Source of the DNA: Candidatus Marinacidobacterales bacterium
GTDB lineage: Bacteria > Acidobacteriota > Vicinamibacteria > Marinacidobacterales > DATDRI01
NCBI GenBank assembly: GCA_965219415.1
Contig: CBDCNP010000002.1
Span: forward strand, 384,001 to 448,000
DNA length: 64,000 bases
Direction of reading: 5' to 3'
The notes under the pieces were generated by a model that did no database searches, was not told where the DNA came from, and was given only the letters and a program-made list of their open reading frames with translations. Below, in pieces: positions 49,604-59,849 of the stretch (position 1 is its first letter; each line of letters starts with the position of its first letter). Made by a program: the position numbers and the translations under genes.

Positions 49604-50100
49604 TCCTTGCGTTCGGGAGGGTCAATCCCCTGTATGCGCAGAAGGATGTAAACCTGGCCGCGGTGATGCGCTTCCTCCTGCACGATGCTCCATAACAAGC
49701 GCTCGATGGAAAGCTCGACCCGGAACGCAGGGAGTTCCTTTTCCAGATCCGCCGGCATGAGGTCGGCATAGGCTTTGACGGTGGTTTCGTGGACCTTGTG
49801 CAAAAGCTTGATGCAGTCGTCAACAGTGGGAGCGTCTTCGGGCGGAAAGACACTCCCAGTCAGTATGTCCTTCGGCTCGTTGTCCAAAATGATCTTGTCG
49901 ATGATGTAATGCTCGACGTAGGCGATGTGTCGAAGCGTGTCGTTGATACTCCTCCGCCCGTTCTCCGGGATCCAGTTGAATACCGACTCGACTTCCTCGG
50001 GAGTCTTTTCCGCTCTCAATTTTTCCACGACTCGTTCCAGTCCATCGAACAGCTGTTTTCGCTCGCGCTCCCAGTAGGGGTAGAGATCGTCTATCTTCAT
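49600..50100 (-). CDS. DinB family protein; start MKIDD
   Basis: SINDTLRHIA and EAHHRGQ motifs; AGGAG RBS. Confidence 0.85.
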   Translation of the reverse strand: MKIDDLYPYWERERKQLFDGLERVVEKLRAEKTPEEVESVFNWIPENGRRSINDTLRHIAYVEHYIIDKIILDNEPKDILTGSVFPPEDAPTVDDCIKLLHKVHETTVKAYADLMPADLEKELPAFRVELSIERLLWSIVQEEAHHRGQVYILLRIQGIDPPERKD

Positions 50101-50115
50101 GAGTATGAGTGCTCC

Positions 50116-50150
50116 TTTCTCAATGCGGCGGGGCCCCACCCCCACCGCCG
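50116..50150. repeat. REP-like hairpin, GGGGCCCCACCCCC family
   Basis: TTTCTCAATGCGGCGGGGCCCCACCCCCACCGCCG, near-identical to 21152..21185. Confidence 0.75.
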
Positions 50151-50206
50151 TCCCTTCGCCGGCAAGCGGCTTCGGGACAGCTGATGGCTCCTCGCGCAGG
50201 GCGTAG

Positions 50207-50836
50207 TCAATTCTTGAGCCCCCTGCTAGTGCCATACTGGTTGTGGAATGTCTTTTCGTGAATAGGAATACGAAGGCTTTCGGTGAAACGAACCTCGTTG
50301 GCGGCGACGCCCAGAGCAACGAATGAGACGATGCGGAGCCCTTCGGGGATGTGTAGTATATCCCGCACCTGGGGAACGCGGGCCAGCCTGGCGATCCAGG
50401 TACTTCCCAGGCCCATGCAGGTAGCAGCGAGCAAGAGGTTCTGGATAGCGGCGCCCATGGACATCAGGAAGAGATCCTCTTGCCCTTGGGTCGGGATCTC
50501 GGAGGCGTCGACGTAGGATTCCTTGCTCCCGACGTTACCGCAGACGGCGATGAGGAGCGGCACGGTAATGAGATCGGCTTGTTTCCTGGACACGGTCTGA
50601 TAGTGAGCATCGTGGAACAACGACTCCTCCAGATAAGCGTCCCGGAGCTCGCGCTGGATCTTCTCGTCGTCAATGAGAATGAGCTCCCATGGCTGGGTGT
50701 TGGCCGCCGACGGCGCCCACCGTACCGCCTCCAGCATCGTATCAATGGCTTCCGAAGATACCGCTCCCGGGCGGTAGGCCCTGCTGGTTCGCCTCCTCTT
50801 GATGACGTCCAGAAGGTACGCCGGTCCTTCGTTCAT
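50207..50836 (-). CDS. Nitroreductase family protein
   Basis: RRTSR, APSAANTQPW, QNLLLAA and GLGSTW motifs. Confidence 0.92.
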   Translation of the reverse strand: MNEGPAYLLDVIKRRRTSRAYRPGAVSSEAIDTMLEAVRWAPSAANTQPWELILIDDEKIQRELRDAYLEESLFHDAHYQTVSRKQADLITVPLLIAVCGNVGSKESYVDASEIPTQGQEDLFLMSMGAAIQNLLLAATCMGLGSTWIARLARVPQVRDILHIPEGLRIVSFVALGVAANEVRFTESLRIPIHEKTFHNQYGTSRGLKN

Positions 50837-50841
50837 AATGA

Positions 50842-52281
50842 CTAATTCATCGCTCGGGCGCTGGTCGTCTGTCCCGGCGAGGCGCGATCCACGAGCTCGC
50901 CATCTACCACGAAAACGATGCCTCCCTTGATGACGTGTGACACACGATGCTGCAGAATGGATATATCGAACAACGGATCGCCATCCACCACGATGATGTC
51001 GGCAAGCTTCCCCACCGAAATCGTACCCAGCTTGTCGTCGACGCCTTGCATTTGAGCAGGGCGAAACGTAGCGGCTTGAATCGCCTCCATATTCGTCAAA
51101 CCCGCGTCCGCCAGGTTCTCGATCTCGCGCGCGAGGGGACTGTGGAAGTTGAGCGGCGCTCCGGTGTCGCAGCCCGCCACGACCTGTTCACGCCCACCCG
51201 CGGCGATGTACCGCTTCAGCTTTCGCTTCGCCACCTTGATGCGCTCGGGAGCGCCGATCCCCCAGGGAATGGCGGACGGGTTGCGCCATGTCTCGACCAG
51301 CGCCGCATAGATGTCGGGAGCGAATTGCTTCTCCAGTCGAGGGTGGTCGACCGCCTCCGGAAAGTTGAGGGCGCGCACGTAGGCGTTTCGCATCTCAATG
51401 GTGGGCACGATGTACGGGCCACGCAGAATGTTGGCCGACGGACCCAAAGCGACCGGCTTGGCGCCTCGCACCAGAAGGCGGAGATCCGCATCGCTATAAT
51501 CAGAAAGAGCATCGGCGGTGAACACATGATGCATTCGGTCCACACCAGCATGAACCGCGGTGCGATACGCCTCGATATGCCGCACGTCGGCGTCCACGCC
51601 TATGCCAGCGCGGTGCGCGGCATCGGTCACTGCCTCGAGCACCGGTCGATCCCAGAAGCCATAGACCTTGATCTGATCCACTCCCATCGCGATGATGCGC
51701 TCGGCGGTCGTGCGGGCATCCTCCGCCGTGCTGACCGAGTACTCACCCGGCGTTCTCCCGATACTCCGGGTAATCTGATTCATGATGGGACCGGCGAAAT
51801 ACATTCGAGGGCCGACTTTCTCGCCTGCCTCGATTTGCGCCCGCAGTTCCTGCTGTTTCTTCAACGGCCCACCGGTGTCGCGGAAGCTGGTGACCCCCGC
51901 CAACAGATTGGTCTGCGCAGTTGAGGTCATTACCTCGATCTCACGCCCCGCGAAATCGCGCGGCAGCATCGCTGGATCGCCTTCCCCGACATGCCACAAG
52001 TGACCATGCGATTCCCAAAGTCCGGGCATAACCGTCATGCCGTTAGCATCCACGATCTGAGCTCCGCTCGGAACATCGACAACGCCAATCGGTCCCACCG
52101 CGACGATTCGGTCCCCTTGGACGAGAACGACGGCGTTCCTCAGTGGCTCCCCCCCATAACCATCGATGACACTACCTCCGACGATCGCCAAGGTGGCGGT
52201 CCCCTGACTCTCCGCGGGAGGCGTTCCCAATAACAGGAGAAGAGCTACTGCCAAGCCGGCTTGAGCAATTGTTCTTTTCAT
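50842..52281 (-). CDS. Secreted amidohydrolase family protein; start MKRTIA
   Basis: PGLWESHGH, GCDTG and GKLADII motifs. Confidence 0.88.
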   Translation of the reverse strand: MKRTIAQAGLAVALLLLLGTPPAESQGTATLAIVGGSVIDGYGGEPLRNAVVLVQGDRIVAVGPIGVVDVPSGAQIVDANGMTVMPGLWESHGHLWHVGEGDPAMLPRDFAGREIEVMTSTAQTNLLAGVTSFRDTGGPLKKQQELRAQIEAGEKVGPRMYFAGPIMNQITRSIGRTPGEYSVSTAEDARTTAERIIAMGVDQIKVYGFWDRPVLEAVTDAAHRAGIGVDADVRHIEAYRTAVHAGVDRMHHVFTADALSDYSDADLRLLVRGAKPVALGPSANILRGPYIVPTIEMRNAYVRALNFPEAVDHPRLEKQFAPDIYAALVETWRNPSAIPWGIGAPERIKVAKRKLKRYIAAGGREQVVAGCDTGAPLNFHSPLAREIENLADAGLTNMEAIQAATFRPAQMQGVDDKLGTISVGKLADIIVVDGDPLFDISILQHRVSHVIKGGIVFVVDGELVDRASPGQTTSARAMN

Positions 52282-52306
52282 ATCAAGTCTCCTAACACGC
52301 GGTTGA

Positions 52307-53698
52307 TCAATTCCATGACAAACCGTCGTAACGCACGCCATCCTTCAGCACGAAATGGATTCGATTCCAGGCCCAGCGCTCGGTGAGTGGGTCGGCCCGG
52401 AGCGAGATCATATCCGCCCGCTTTCCAACCTCCAAGGTTCCCAAGCGATCCCCGTAACCGAGGTTCTGAGCGGCTACCGCCGTCGCGGCACGGATCGCAT
52501 CCATAGGTGAAAACCCTCCTTCGATAAGAAACTCGATGGAGTTGCCGATCCCACCGTAGTACAGCGTATCCAAGCCAAGGCTGAGCGGGACGCCGGCGCG
52601 ATGGGCGGCGAGCGCCTGGCTCTGCTGCGTCCGGATGGACGGGAAGAAGTCCCGCCCGGCACGATTGGCCTCATTGTCCTGATAGTCACGGTCCACGGTT
52701 TCGACGTCCGGGTTTTCTTTTCGATAGTCGAAGTAGTGCTGACGGCCATAGTCGATCCAATCACCGGGCGACTTGGCACCGGTATCCATGAACTTCCAGG
52801 TGCTCTTGTCGGGACGCAGGCCGACGTAGACCAACGGGGTGAAGCTCACCGTGGTCCCGTGCTCCACCATCATTTGAATGATCTCGTCCGTCATCGGCCG
52901 AGCGTGCTCGATATTATCGGCACCGGCGAGTATCGCGGTCTTCATCGATGAACCCCAACGGCCCGTTGCATGCACGGTAACTTTGATTCCCAAGCGATGC
53001 GCCTCATCGACTAACGCGGTGAGCTCCTCGAGCGTAAACATCGTGGCTTCCGGTGAGCGATCGATCAACGTGACCTTGACCCATTCCGACCCGTGGTGAA
53101 AGTTCTCCCTTACCTGCCGCCTGGCTTCCCAGGGACTATCCACCCAGTCCTTGGGATCGACAAAGTGTCCACCCGTCGGGGTGATGATCGGCCCTCCCAG
53201 GATCAAACGCGGGCCGGGAACCATACCTTCCCGTATCGCGCTACGCAAATGGAGGTCGTTCCAATGAGCTTCTCCGGTCATACGCGATGTCGTGATACCA
53301 CAGAGCAACTGCACACGCGCGTTGCGGACGATACGAAGCATCTGGATCGCGTCCGGCTGCATGAGTTGACCAACGAGTCCTTCCACTCCGACTCCGACGT
53401 CGATGCCGTATCGCAAACTGAGATGGGTGTGAGTGTCGATCAACCCAGGAAGCAACGTTTCTCCTTCTAAATCAATAACTTCCGCGCCTGACGGGATGGT
53501 AACCCGGGAAGCCGGACCAACCGCCTCGATGGTGTCGCCACGCACCACGACCACTCCGTTCTCAATGGGCGCCCCACCGGTCCCATCGATAATCTGTCCG
53601 GCCCTGACAGCGATGACCGCGATGACTCTTTCTTGAGCGGCGACGCCCATGGAAAGCGAGAGAAAGAAAACCATGAATGGAACGTTTCTGAGTTTCAT
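52307..53698 (-). CDS. Secreted amidohydrolase (Xaa-Pro dipeptidase-like)
   Basis: PGLIDTHTH, TGGH, VTVHA, IEH and GKRAD motifs. Confidence 0.9.
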   Translation of the reverse strand: MKLRNVPFMVFFLSLSMGVAAQERVIAVIAVRAGQIIDGTGGAPIENGVVVVRGDTIEAVGPASRVTIPSGAEVIDLEGETLLPGLIDTHTHLSLRYGIDVGVGVEGLVGQLMQPDAIQMLRIVRNARVQLLCGITTSRMTGEAHWNDLHLRSAIREGMVPGPRLILGGPIITPTGGHFVDPKDWVDSPWEARRQVRENFHHGSEWVKVTLIDRSPEATMFTLEELTALVDEAHRLGIKVTVHATGRWGSSMKTAILAGADNIEHARPMTDEIIQMMVEHGTTVSFTPLVYVGLRPDKSTWKFMDTGAKSPGDWIDYGRQHYFDYRKENPDVETVDRDYQDNEANRAGRDFFPSIRTQQSQALAAHRAGVPLSLGLDTLYYGGIGNSIEFLIEGGFSPMDAIRAATAVAAQNLGYGDRLGTLEVGKRADMISLRADPLTERWAWNRIHFVLKDGVRYDGLSWN

Positions 53699-53700
53699 TC

Positions 53701-54774
53701 CTACCCTTTCTTATCAGGGTCGTCGGAAACGAGGGTTTCTGAGAAAAAAGGAAATACCTTCTTTTCGAGTCGCTCCCCAATGCGGTTGGTATGATCGCCC
53801 TGATACTGTTCGAAAGAGTGCTCGATGTCTCGTGCAGCGAGTGCCTGCGACAATGTGCGGCTACCCAGCGGGATGTGAGTGATCGGATCGGTATCGCCAA
53901 CATCGAAGCCGATGCCCCGTAAACGGGCGAAGCCTCCTGCCAATGCATCCATGGACTCCGCCGGGAAGCGAGTTATCCACTCCTGATAAATTCTTTCGTC
54001 AGGAACCACCGAGCCATTCGCCAACCTGAACGGAAAGTCCACCAGGAAAGGGTTGTTCCCCGGGTTCGGCGACATCGCCGCGGCCACCGAGACGAAGGCG
54101 TTCGGATACATCCCGGCACCCACGAGTTCCTTTCTCTTGCTGAGCTGAAGCGTCGGGATCCAAGCGGGGTTGGACGCCATCACATCCCCCTCCATGCTGA
54201 GACAGCAGGCGCTCAGTCCGTAGATCACCGAGTAGACATCCGAATGTCGTGCCGCCAAGAAAATTGCGCCGTAGCCCCCCATCGAATGGCCCGCGATGCC
54301 GCGGCTCTCGCTTCTGGCTAGAGTGCGATACGTCTCGTCTACGAACTCGACGAGATCCTTGGTGATGAAGTCGCCCCAATTACCGGTAACGGAGGAGTTG
54401 ATGTAATAGCTACCCCCATACGCGTTTCGCCCATCCGGCATGACCAGGATCATTTCTTGGATTTTGCCGTCCTCGATCAGCCGGTCCATTACAGTCTGAA
54501 CGTTGAATCCCTGGAAGAAACCATCTCGCCAGATCGTATTGGTGTCGTCATAGCCATGGAGAAGATAGACCGCCGGGTACCGTATTTCGCTCTCGTGATA
54601 CCCGGGCGGAAGATACACGATGACACTCCGGTAGGCGGGGTCACCCAGGAGGTTGTTCTTTAAGGCGTCACTGTAAACACTCTGGTAGACGAGCTCGCTC
54701 TCACCGGCGGCGACGAAGGCGACACCTGCCGACGCCGACACGCACAGCGCGATGAGGACGGCCCCAAGTCTCAT
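53701..54774 (-). CDS. Secreted esterase (alpha/beta hydrolase)
   Basis: VYLPPGY, YLLHG, GHSMGGYG and GDH motifs. Confidence 0.9.
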   Translation of the reverse strand: MRLGAVLIALCVSASAGVAFVAAGESELVYQSVYSDALKNNLLGDPAYRSVIVYLPPGYHESEIRYPAVYLLHGYDDTNTIWRDGFFQGFNVQTVMDRLIEDGKIQEMILVMPDGRNAYGGSYYINSSVTGNWGDFITKDLVEFVDETYRTLARSESRGIAGHSMGGYGAIFLAARHSDVYSVIYGLSACCLSMEGDVMASNPAWIPTLQLSKRKELVGAGMYPNAFVSVAAAMSPNPGNNPFLVDFPFRLANGSVVPDERIYQEWITRFPAESMDALAGGFARLRGIGFDVGDTDPITHIPLGSRTLSQALAARDIEHSFEQYQGDHTNRIGERLEKKVFPFFSETLVSDDPDKKG

Positions 54775-55484
54775 AGACGTCTTGCCATTTCCTTCCTGGG
54801 CGAAGGAAAGGCCCGCTTGCTCTGCGCTAGATCCATCCTAACGAGCATCTCGCACATTCGTATTCCCGCGACCCCGGCATCGATTACCGGGATGCCTAGC
54901 GCTTCTTGCGCGCCGCTGGCAAGCCCGATCATTCCCGTGCAACCTAAGATGAGCGAGTCTGCGCCATCTTCATCGATCGCCTTCCGCCCCTCGGCGATGG
55001 TCTTGTCCAGCACCGCGTTGTCTTTCTCCAGCTCTACGACGGGGACTTCGATCGACCGGATCGAGGCCATGCGATCCTCGAGCCCGGTCAGCCGGATCTT
55101 ATCCAGCATGAAGCCGTTGCCCCGGCTGAGAGGAGACAACCAAGTGAATCTCCGACCGACGAGGCATGCCAGTGCCACGGAAGTTTCCATGATCCCGACC
55201 ACCGGGATCTCCAAATGCTCCTTAGCGGCTGCGACCCCCGGATCTGCCGCGCAGAAAACGATCAGGCCGTGGTACCGCATCTGATCCGTGTTCTCGATTT
55301 CCTGGATCAGATAGGTCATTTGGATGTCTTCCCAGAAATGCTGCTCTGGAGACTCGATTCCCTGTTTGAGGAAGACCCAATCGAGTTCGGTCTCGGGATC
55401 GTGGGCATCCGCGTATCCGTCTTTCATGCGCGGAAGCCAGTCCACGGTCGTGACGATGACTGGATTGATGACTTTTATTTTCAT
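54771..55484 (-). CDS. Asp/Glu/hydantoin racemase; start MKIKV
   Basis: Catalytic Cys pair in CAADPG and LGCTGM; IPVID. Confidence 0.9.
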   Translation of the reverse strand: MKIKVINPVIVTTVDWLPRMKDGYADAHDPETELDWVFLKQGIESPEQHFWEDIQMTYLIQEIENTDQMRYHGLIVFCAADPGVAAAKEHLEIPVVGIMETSVALACLVGRRFTWLSPLSRGNGFMLDKIRLTGLEDRMASIRSIEVPVVELEKDNAVLDKTIAEGRKAIDEDGADSLILGCTGMIGLASGAQEALGIPVIDAGVAGIRMCEMLVRMDLAQSKRAFPSPRKEMARRL

Positions 55485-55501
55485 GCTGGCCCTCCCCACG
55501 G

Positions 55502-56920
55502 TTAGTTCCAACTAAGCGTGTCGTAACGCCTGCCGCCCTTCATTATTAGTCGAATCCTATGGAGGGCCCGGACGTCGGCCCGGGGATCGCCCTCGACGGA
55601 GATGATATCCGCGGCTCGCCCCGGTCGAAGCGTGCCGACGCTGTCATCGAAACCGCTGATTTGCGCGGCGGAGCCGGTGGCGATGTGGATGACGTCCTTT
55701 AGAGGAATACCGGCCTCCACGAGCCACTCCATGCTAAGCGTAATACCTCCGTAAATCGTGTCCAACCCCAGGCTCATCGGGATGCCGGCCCGAAACGCAT
55801 TCAATACATCGGCCTGTCGCTTCTTGACCGCCGGGAAGTGATCCCGACTCGCCCGGTTGGACTCGTTATCGGCGTACGGACGATCTTCTGTCTCCCAGTC
55901 GGGATGCTCACGCCTCCACGTCACCATGATGTCGCGCATGAAGTTGATCCACTGCTCCCCCGTCTCCACATCATGGTCCAAGTAGCGCCACCACTCCGGA
56001 GTCGGACGAAAACCGATGTAGACGAGAGGAGTCAGGCTCACCGCGGTCCCGTTGTCCTTCAAGAGCTGAATGATTTCGTTGCTGAGGGGACGAGCATGCT
56101 CGATGCTATCCGCGCCCGCTTCTACCGCGACCCGAATCGAAGAGCCCCAGTTACCCGTGCAGTGGGCAGTCACCGGAATGCCCGAGGCGTGAGCGACATC
56201 GACCGCGGCCTTTGCCTCTTCGACGGTGAGCTGACTCTTGGTGGGAGAAAGGTCCATCATCGATAGCTTGATCACACGCGCCTCGTGTTCGAAGTTTCTG
56301 CGGACGATCTTCACCGCTTCCCAGGGGCCGTCGACCTCGAGAATGAAGGGCGAGCCATGTCCACCGGTACCGGTGATGCCTTCTCCCGAAGGGATGATCC
56401 GCGGACCGGCGATCATGCCGGAATCAATCGCACGCTTAATGGCGAAGTCCAGACCTTGCACCTCCCCCGTCATTCTCATAGTCGTGATTCCGCAGAGAAG
56501 CTGGGTCCGCGCGTTCTTGGTGAAACGCATCCCCAGCGCCCCGGCGTTCCCCGCCGCCTGTGCACGCCTCCCCGCGGCACCTCCCCCGGCATAGCGATAG
56601 CGGAGATGCCCGTGCGTATCCCAAAGCCCGGGCATGAGGGTGTGGTCCCCGAGATCGAGGGTCTCCACGTTCGCCGGTATTCTCACGTCCGAAGCGCGGC
56701 CGACCGACTCGATGACCCCGTCCCGAACCAACACCACCGCGTCGGCGATGGCCTCGGCACCGGTCCCGTCGTAGAGCAAGGCCGCTTTAACCGCGAGAGG
56801 GCGCTCGGCTTGTGCCGCGTCACCCTTTAATGGCGCCACCGGAACGATGCCGAGACCCAAGAAAAGGGTCCCTAACCAGAGCCTGTGCGGTACCGTCATT
56901 TTGTCCTCCATGGACCTCAT
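55502..56920 (-). CDS. Secreted amidohydrolase (paralog of 52307..53698)
   Basis: PGLWDTHGH, TGGH, VTAH, IEHARP and LGLDT motifs. Confidence 0.9.
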   Translation of the reverse strand: MRSMEDKMTVPHRLWLGTLFLGLGIVPVAPLKGDAAQAERPLAVKAALLYDGTGAEAIADAVVLVRDGVIESVGRASDVRIPANVETLDLGDHTLMPGLWDTHGHLRYRYAGGGAAGRRAQAAGNAGALGMRFTKNARTQLLCGITTMRMTGEVQGLDFAIKRAIDSGMIAGPRIIPSGEGITGTGGHGSPFILEVDGPWEAVKIVRRNFEHEARVIKLSMMDLSPTKSQLTVEEAKAAVDVAHASGIPVTAHCTGNWGSSIRVAVEAGADSIEHARPLSNEIIQLLKDNGTAVSLTPLVYIGFRPTPEWWRYLDHDVETGEQWINFMRDIMVTWRREHPDWETEDRPYADNESNRASRDHFPAVKKRQADVLNAFRAGIPMSLGLDTIYGGITLSMEWLVEAGIPLKDVIHIATGSAAQISGFDDSVGTLRPGRAADIISVEGDPRADVRALHRIRLIMKGGRRYDTLSWN

Positions 56921-58869
56921 GGCAACCTCAGAGCAATCAATTCTGCAGGCTCCGACGCCCCGCCGATCGCCACCACGATGTACTGCTTGCTATCGACCAT
57001 GTAAGACATCGGCGCACCGGTGGCGTTGCCGGGAAGCGGAACTTCCGCGACCAGCGTTCCATCGTTGGGGTCGAACGCCATAAGCGTGGGCTCGACGTTG
57101 GTCAGCTTCAAACCACCGACGTCCCCCTGCGGGGTTCGCTGTGAGCTCCGGTCACCCTGTTGAGCCACGAAGAGCAACGTCTTGGTCGCCAACGGAAAAG
57201 CGCGACGAGGCCAGCCCAAGCGAGGCAGGTCCAGACCCTCGAGCGCCGGATGGTCTAGCGGCCCCTTGCCAAGCGTCGCCATCCACTTGTGCTCCCCGGT
57301 GCTCAGATCGATGGCCGTAACGCGAGCGTAAGGGGGTTTGAAGAGTGGAAGCCCCTGTGGCCCCTCCGGCATCGATACGTTGCCCATGCGCTTCATGTCG
57401 GAGCGCTCGGGATCGGGCACCATCAGCTTTACCGACGTCGGAGACAAGATGGAAGGGACGTAGAGGATTTCGGTTTCAGGATCGAAGGCGGCTCCCGCCC
57501 AGCTCGCGCCGCCCGCCCAACCGGGCAAGACGATCGTCATCCGTGCGGTCGGCGGCGTGTACAGAGAACCATATTCGTATTGCTCCAGGATGGCCTTGCC
57601 TTCGGAACGAAGCTCCGGAGTGAAATCGATCAATTGGTCGACGGTGACGCCTTGCGGATCGAAGGGCGGCGGCTTGGTCGGAAATGGTTGCGTGGGAGAA
57701 GACTTCTCGCCGGAAACGGTCGACTGCGGAACGGGACGCTCATCGATTGGCCAGACCGGCTCTCCGGTCACACGATCGAGAACGAACGTGAAGCCCTGCT
57801 TCGTGACTTGTGCAACGGCTTTGACCTCCTGCCCGTCCACCGTAATGTCGACCAAGTTAGGGGCGGCGGGAAGGTCATAATCCCAGAGACCGTGGTGCAC
57901 AATCTGGTAATGCCACACCCGTTCCCCAGTCGCGGTGTCCAGGGCCACCAACGCCTCGCCGAACAAGTTATCACCTTGGCGATGTCCTCCGTAGAAATCG
58001 TTGGTCGGCGTGCCGAAGGGAAGGTAAACGTAACCGAGCTCATCGTCGCAACTCATCAATGTCCAGACGTTGGTATTGCCAGTAGATTTCCAGGACTCGT
58101 TCTCCCACGTTTCGACTCCGGTCTCTTCCTCCTGAGGCACCGAGTGGAACGTCCAGAGCTTCTTGCCAGTCGTGGGATCGAATCCCCGCACGTCTCCAAC
58201 CGGCATCTTCGTGCTAGGCTCGAAGTCGGTCATCGAGGACCCCACGACCACGACGTCGCCGCAGACAATCGGTGGCGAGGTCATGGTGTAGACATCGCGT
58301 CGATGTGGACCGCGTAGCCCTTCGACCAAATCGACCCGCCCGTTTTCACCGAACCCCTCGATCGGCGAGCCCGTCTCTGCATTGAGCGCAACTAGATTCG
58401 CATCTCCGGTGGCGATGAATACTCTTCCCTTCCAATAGTCCACACCCCGGTGAATGAACCACTTCGAGGGAGTGTCATTCCTCCAAGACTCCGGATCGAA
58501 AGACCAGATGGTCTCGCCGGTCTGCGCGTCGATGGCCGCGACTTGGCTCAGCGAAGTGCTGGTGTAGAGAACGCCATCGATCATCAAGGGCGTGGTTTCC
58601 CAGGCCCATGACCAAAGCTCCGGATTCCCATCGAGCACTTTTTTCTCGACCGAAAGCCAGCGCCATGCGATCTGTAACTCGTTCACGTTCTGGGCGTGAA
58701 TCTGATCGAGGGCGGCATACTTGGAGCTCGCCTTGTCCGCACCGTACGACCGCCATTCAATATGGTCAGGCGGGCTCGACGTATCCGCGGGCGGCTCCGC
58801 GCTCCCGCAGGAGGCGAGTATCCCGCAAAAGCAAATGCACGCCAATAGAGCAGCAGCAGTGTGAGTCAC
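56917..58869 (-). CDS. PQQ-dependent dehydrogenase (glucose/quinate/shikimate family) lipoprotein
   Basis: ETTPL, TSPP, HHGLWDYD, KQG and KPPY motifs; LASC lipobox. Confidence 0.92.
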   Translation of the reverse strand: MTHTAAALLACICFCGILASCGSAEPPADTSSPPDHIEWRSYGADKASSKYAALDQIHAQNVNELQIAWRWLSVEKKVLDGNPELWSWAWETTPLMIDGVLYTSTSLSQVAAIDAQTGETIWSFDPESWRNDTPSKWFIHRGVDYWKGRVFIATGDANLVALNAETGSPIEGFGENGRVDLVEGLRGPHRRDVYTMTSPPIVCGDVVVVGSSMTDFEPSTKMPVGDVRGFDPTTGKKLWTFHSVPQEEETGVETWENESWKSTGNTNVWTLMSCDDELGYVYLPFGTPTNDFYGGHRQGDNLFGEALVALDTATGERVWHYQIVHHGLWDYDLPAAPNLVDITVDGQEVKAVAQVTKQGFTFVLDRVTGEPVWPIDERPVPQSTVSGEKSSPTQPFPTKPPPFDPQGVTVDQLIDFTPELRSEGKAILEQYEYGSLYTPPTARMTIVLPGWAGGASWAGAAFDPETEILYVPSILSPTSVKLMVPDPERSDMKRMGNVSMPEGPQGLPLFKPPYARVTAIDLSTGEHKWMATLGKGPLDHPALEGLDLPRLGWPRRAFPLATKTLLFVAQQGDRSSQRTPQGDVGGLKLTNVEPTLMAFDPNDGTLVAEVPLPGNATGAPMSYMVDSKQYIVVAIGGASEPAELIALRLP

Positions 58870-58871
58870 TA

Positions 58872-59849
58872 CTAGTAAATGTCCTGGTCTTTGGACGACA
58901 CGAGTGGACCTTGGTAACCGAATCGGCGGATTTCTTTGACGTTCGCTTCGGGGTCGTCGCTGTAGTTCTGCTCGTGATACAGAACGAGCAAGCTTGGTCG
59001 CACCTTGTCCGCCAACCGAGCCAGCTCTTCGGTTGAGGTGTGATAGAGGCCCATCGATTTCTTCTTGCTTTCGACGTCATCCCCGCCCCAGGGCGCGTTG
59101 GCCAACCCGTCCAGACCATAGACTTCGTGAACCAAGACATCCGCGTCCCGACTCGCGGCCTCGATACCTGCACAGGGCACGGTATCGCCAGAGATGGTAA
59201 CGACTCGATCCGGTGTCGTGAATCGGTAGGCCACCGTCAACGGGAAGCCGGCGTGCTTGGTCTCGAACGCCTCCACCTCCACGTTGTCGTCCTCGTAGAC
59301 CAGGCCCGGACCACTAACTACATGGCCGACGGATTTCCACGCGTTATCACTTTTTTGGGCCGGGCCGTGGACGAACTCGTCGATCGCCGGCCGGTATGCC
59401 TTGAGGATGTAACTCACCAAATCGGGGGTCCCCGGAGGTCCGTACACTTGAGCCGGTTCGAGCCGCACCTGCTTGCCCATTGACCAAGGGTGGAGGAGTA
59501 TCGCCGGCAGGCCGATGATGTGATCGACATGAAGGTGGGTCAGAAAGAAGTGACCGAGGTTGGGTGCGGCCAGCGCCGCGACCTCACCACCGAAACGCGG
59601 GGTCGCCGCGCCGGTCGCCCTCCAAATGCCTTCTCCCGCATCGACGATGTAGGGGCGACCGTTGACGATCACCGCAACGGCTGGGCCACGGCGGTGGGGA
59701 TCGGGAAGGGGCGTGCCCGAGCCCAGGATCACGACCTTGGTGACATCCGAGGGTGAGTATTCTCCGCCCCATGCGGGCGGCACCCGGTAGCTCTCAGTTG
59801 CGACGATGAGCGCCGCTACCGCAAGGGTCGCCCGAATCGGATCTCTCAT
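58872..59849 (-). CDS. Secreted MBL-fold metallohydrolase (RNase Z/AtsA-like)
   Basis: LGSGTP.PDP, THLHVDH, SGDT and YHTS motifs. Confidence 0.9.
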   Translation of the reverse strand: MRDPIRATLAVAALIVATESYRVPPAWGGEYSPSDVTKVVILGSGTPLPDPHRRGPAVAVIVNGRPYIVDAGEGIWRATGAATPRFGGEVAALAAPNLGHFFLTHLHVDHIIGLPAILLHPWSMGKQVRLEPAQVYGPPGTPDLVSYILKAYRPAIDEFVHGPAQKSDNAWKSVGHVVSGPGLVYEDDNVEVEAFETKHAGFPLTVAYRFTTPDRVVTISGDTVPCAGIEAASRDADVLVHEVYGLDGLANAPWGGDDVESKKKSMGLYHTSTEELARLADKVRPSLLVLYHEQNYSDDPEANVKEIRRFGYQGPLVSSKDQDIY

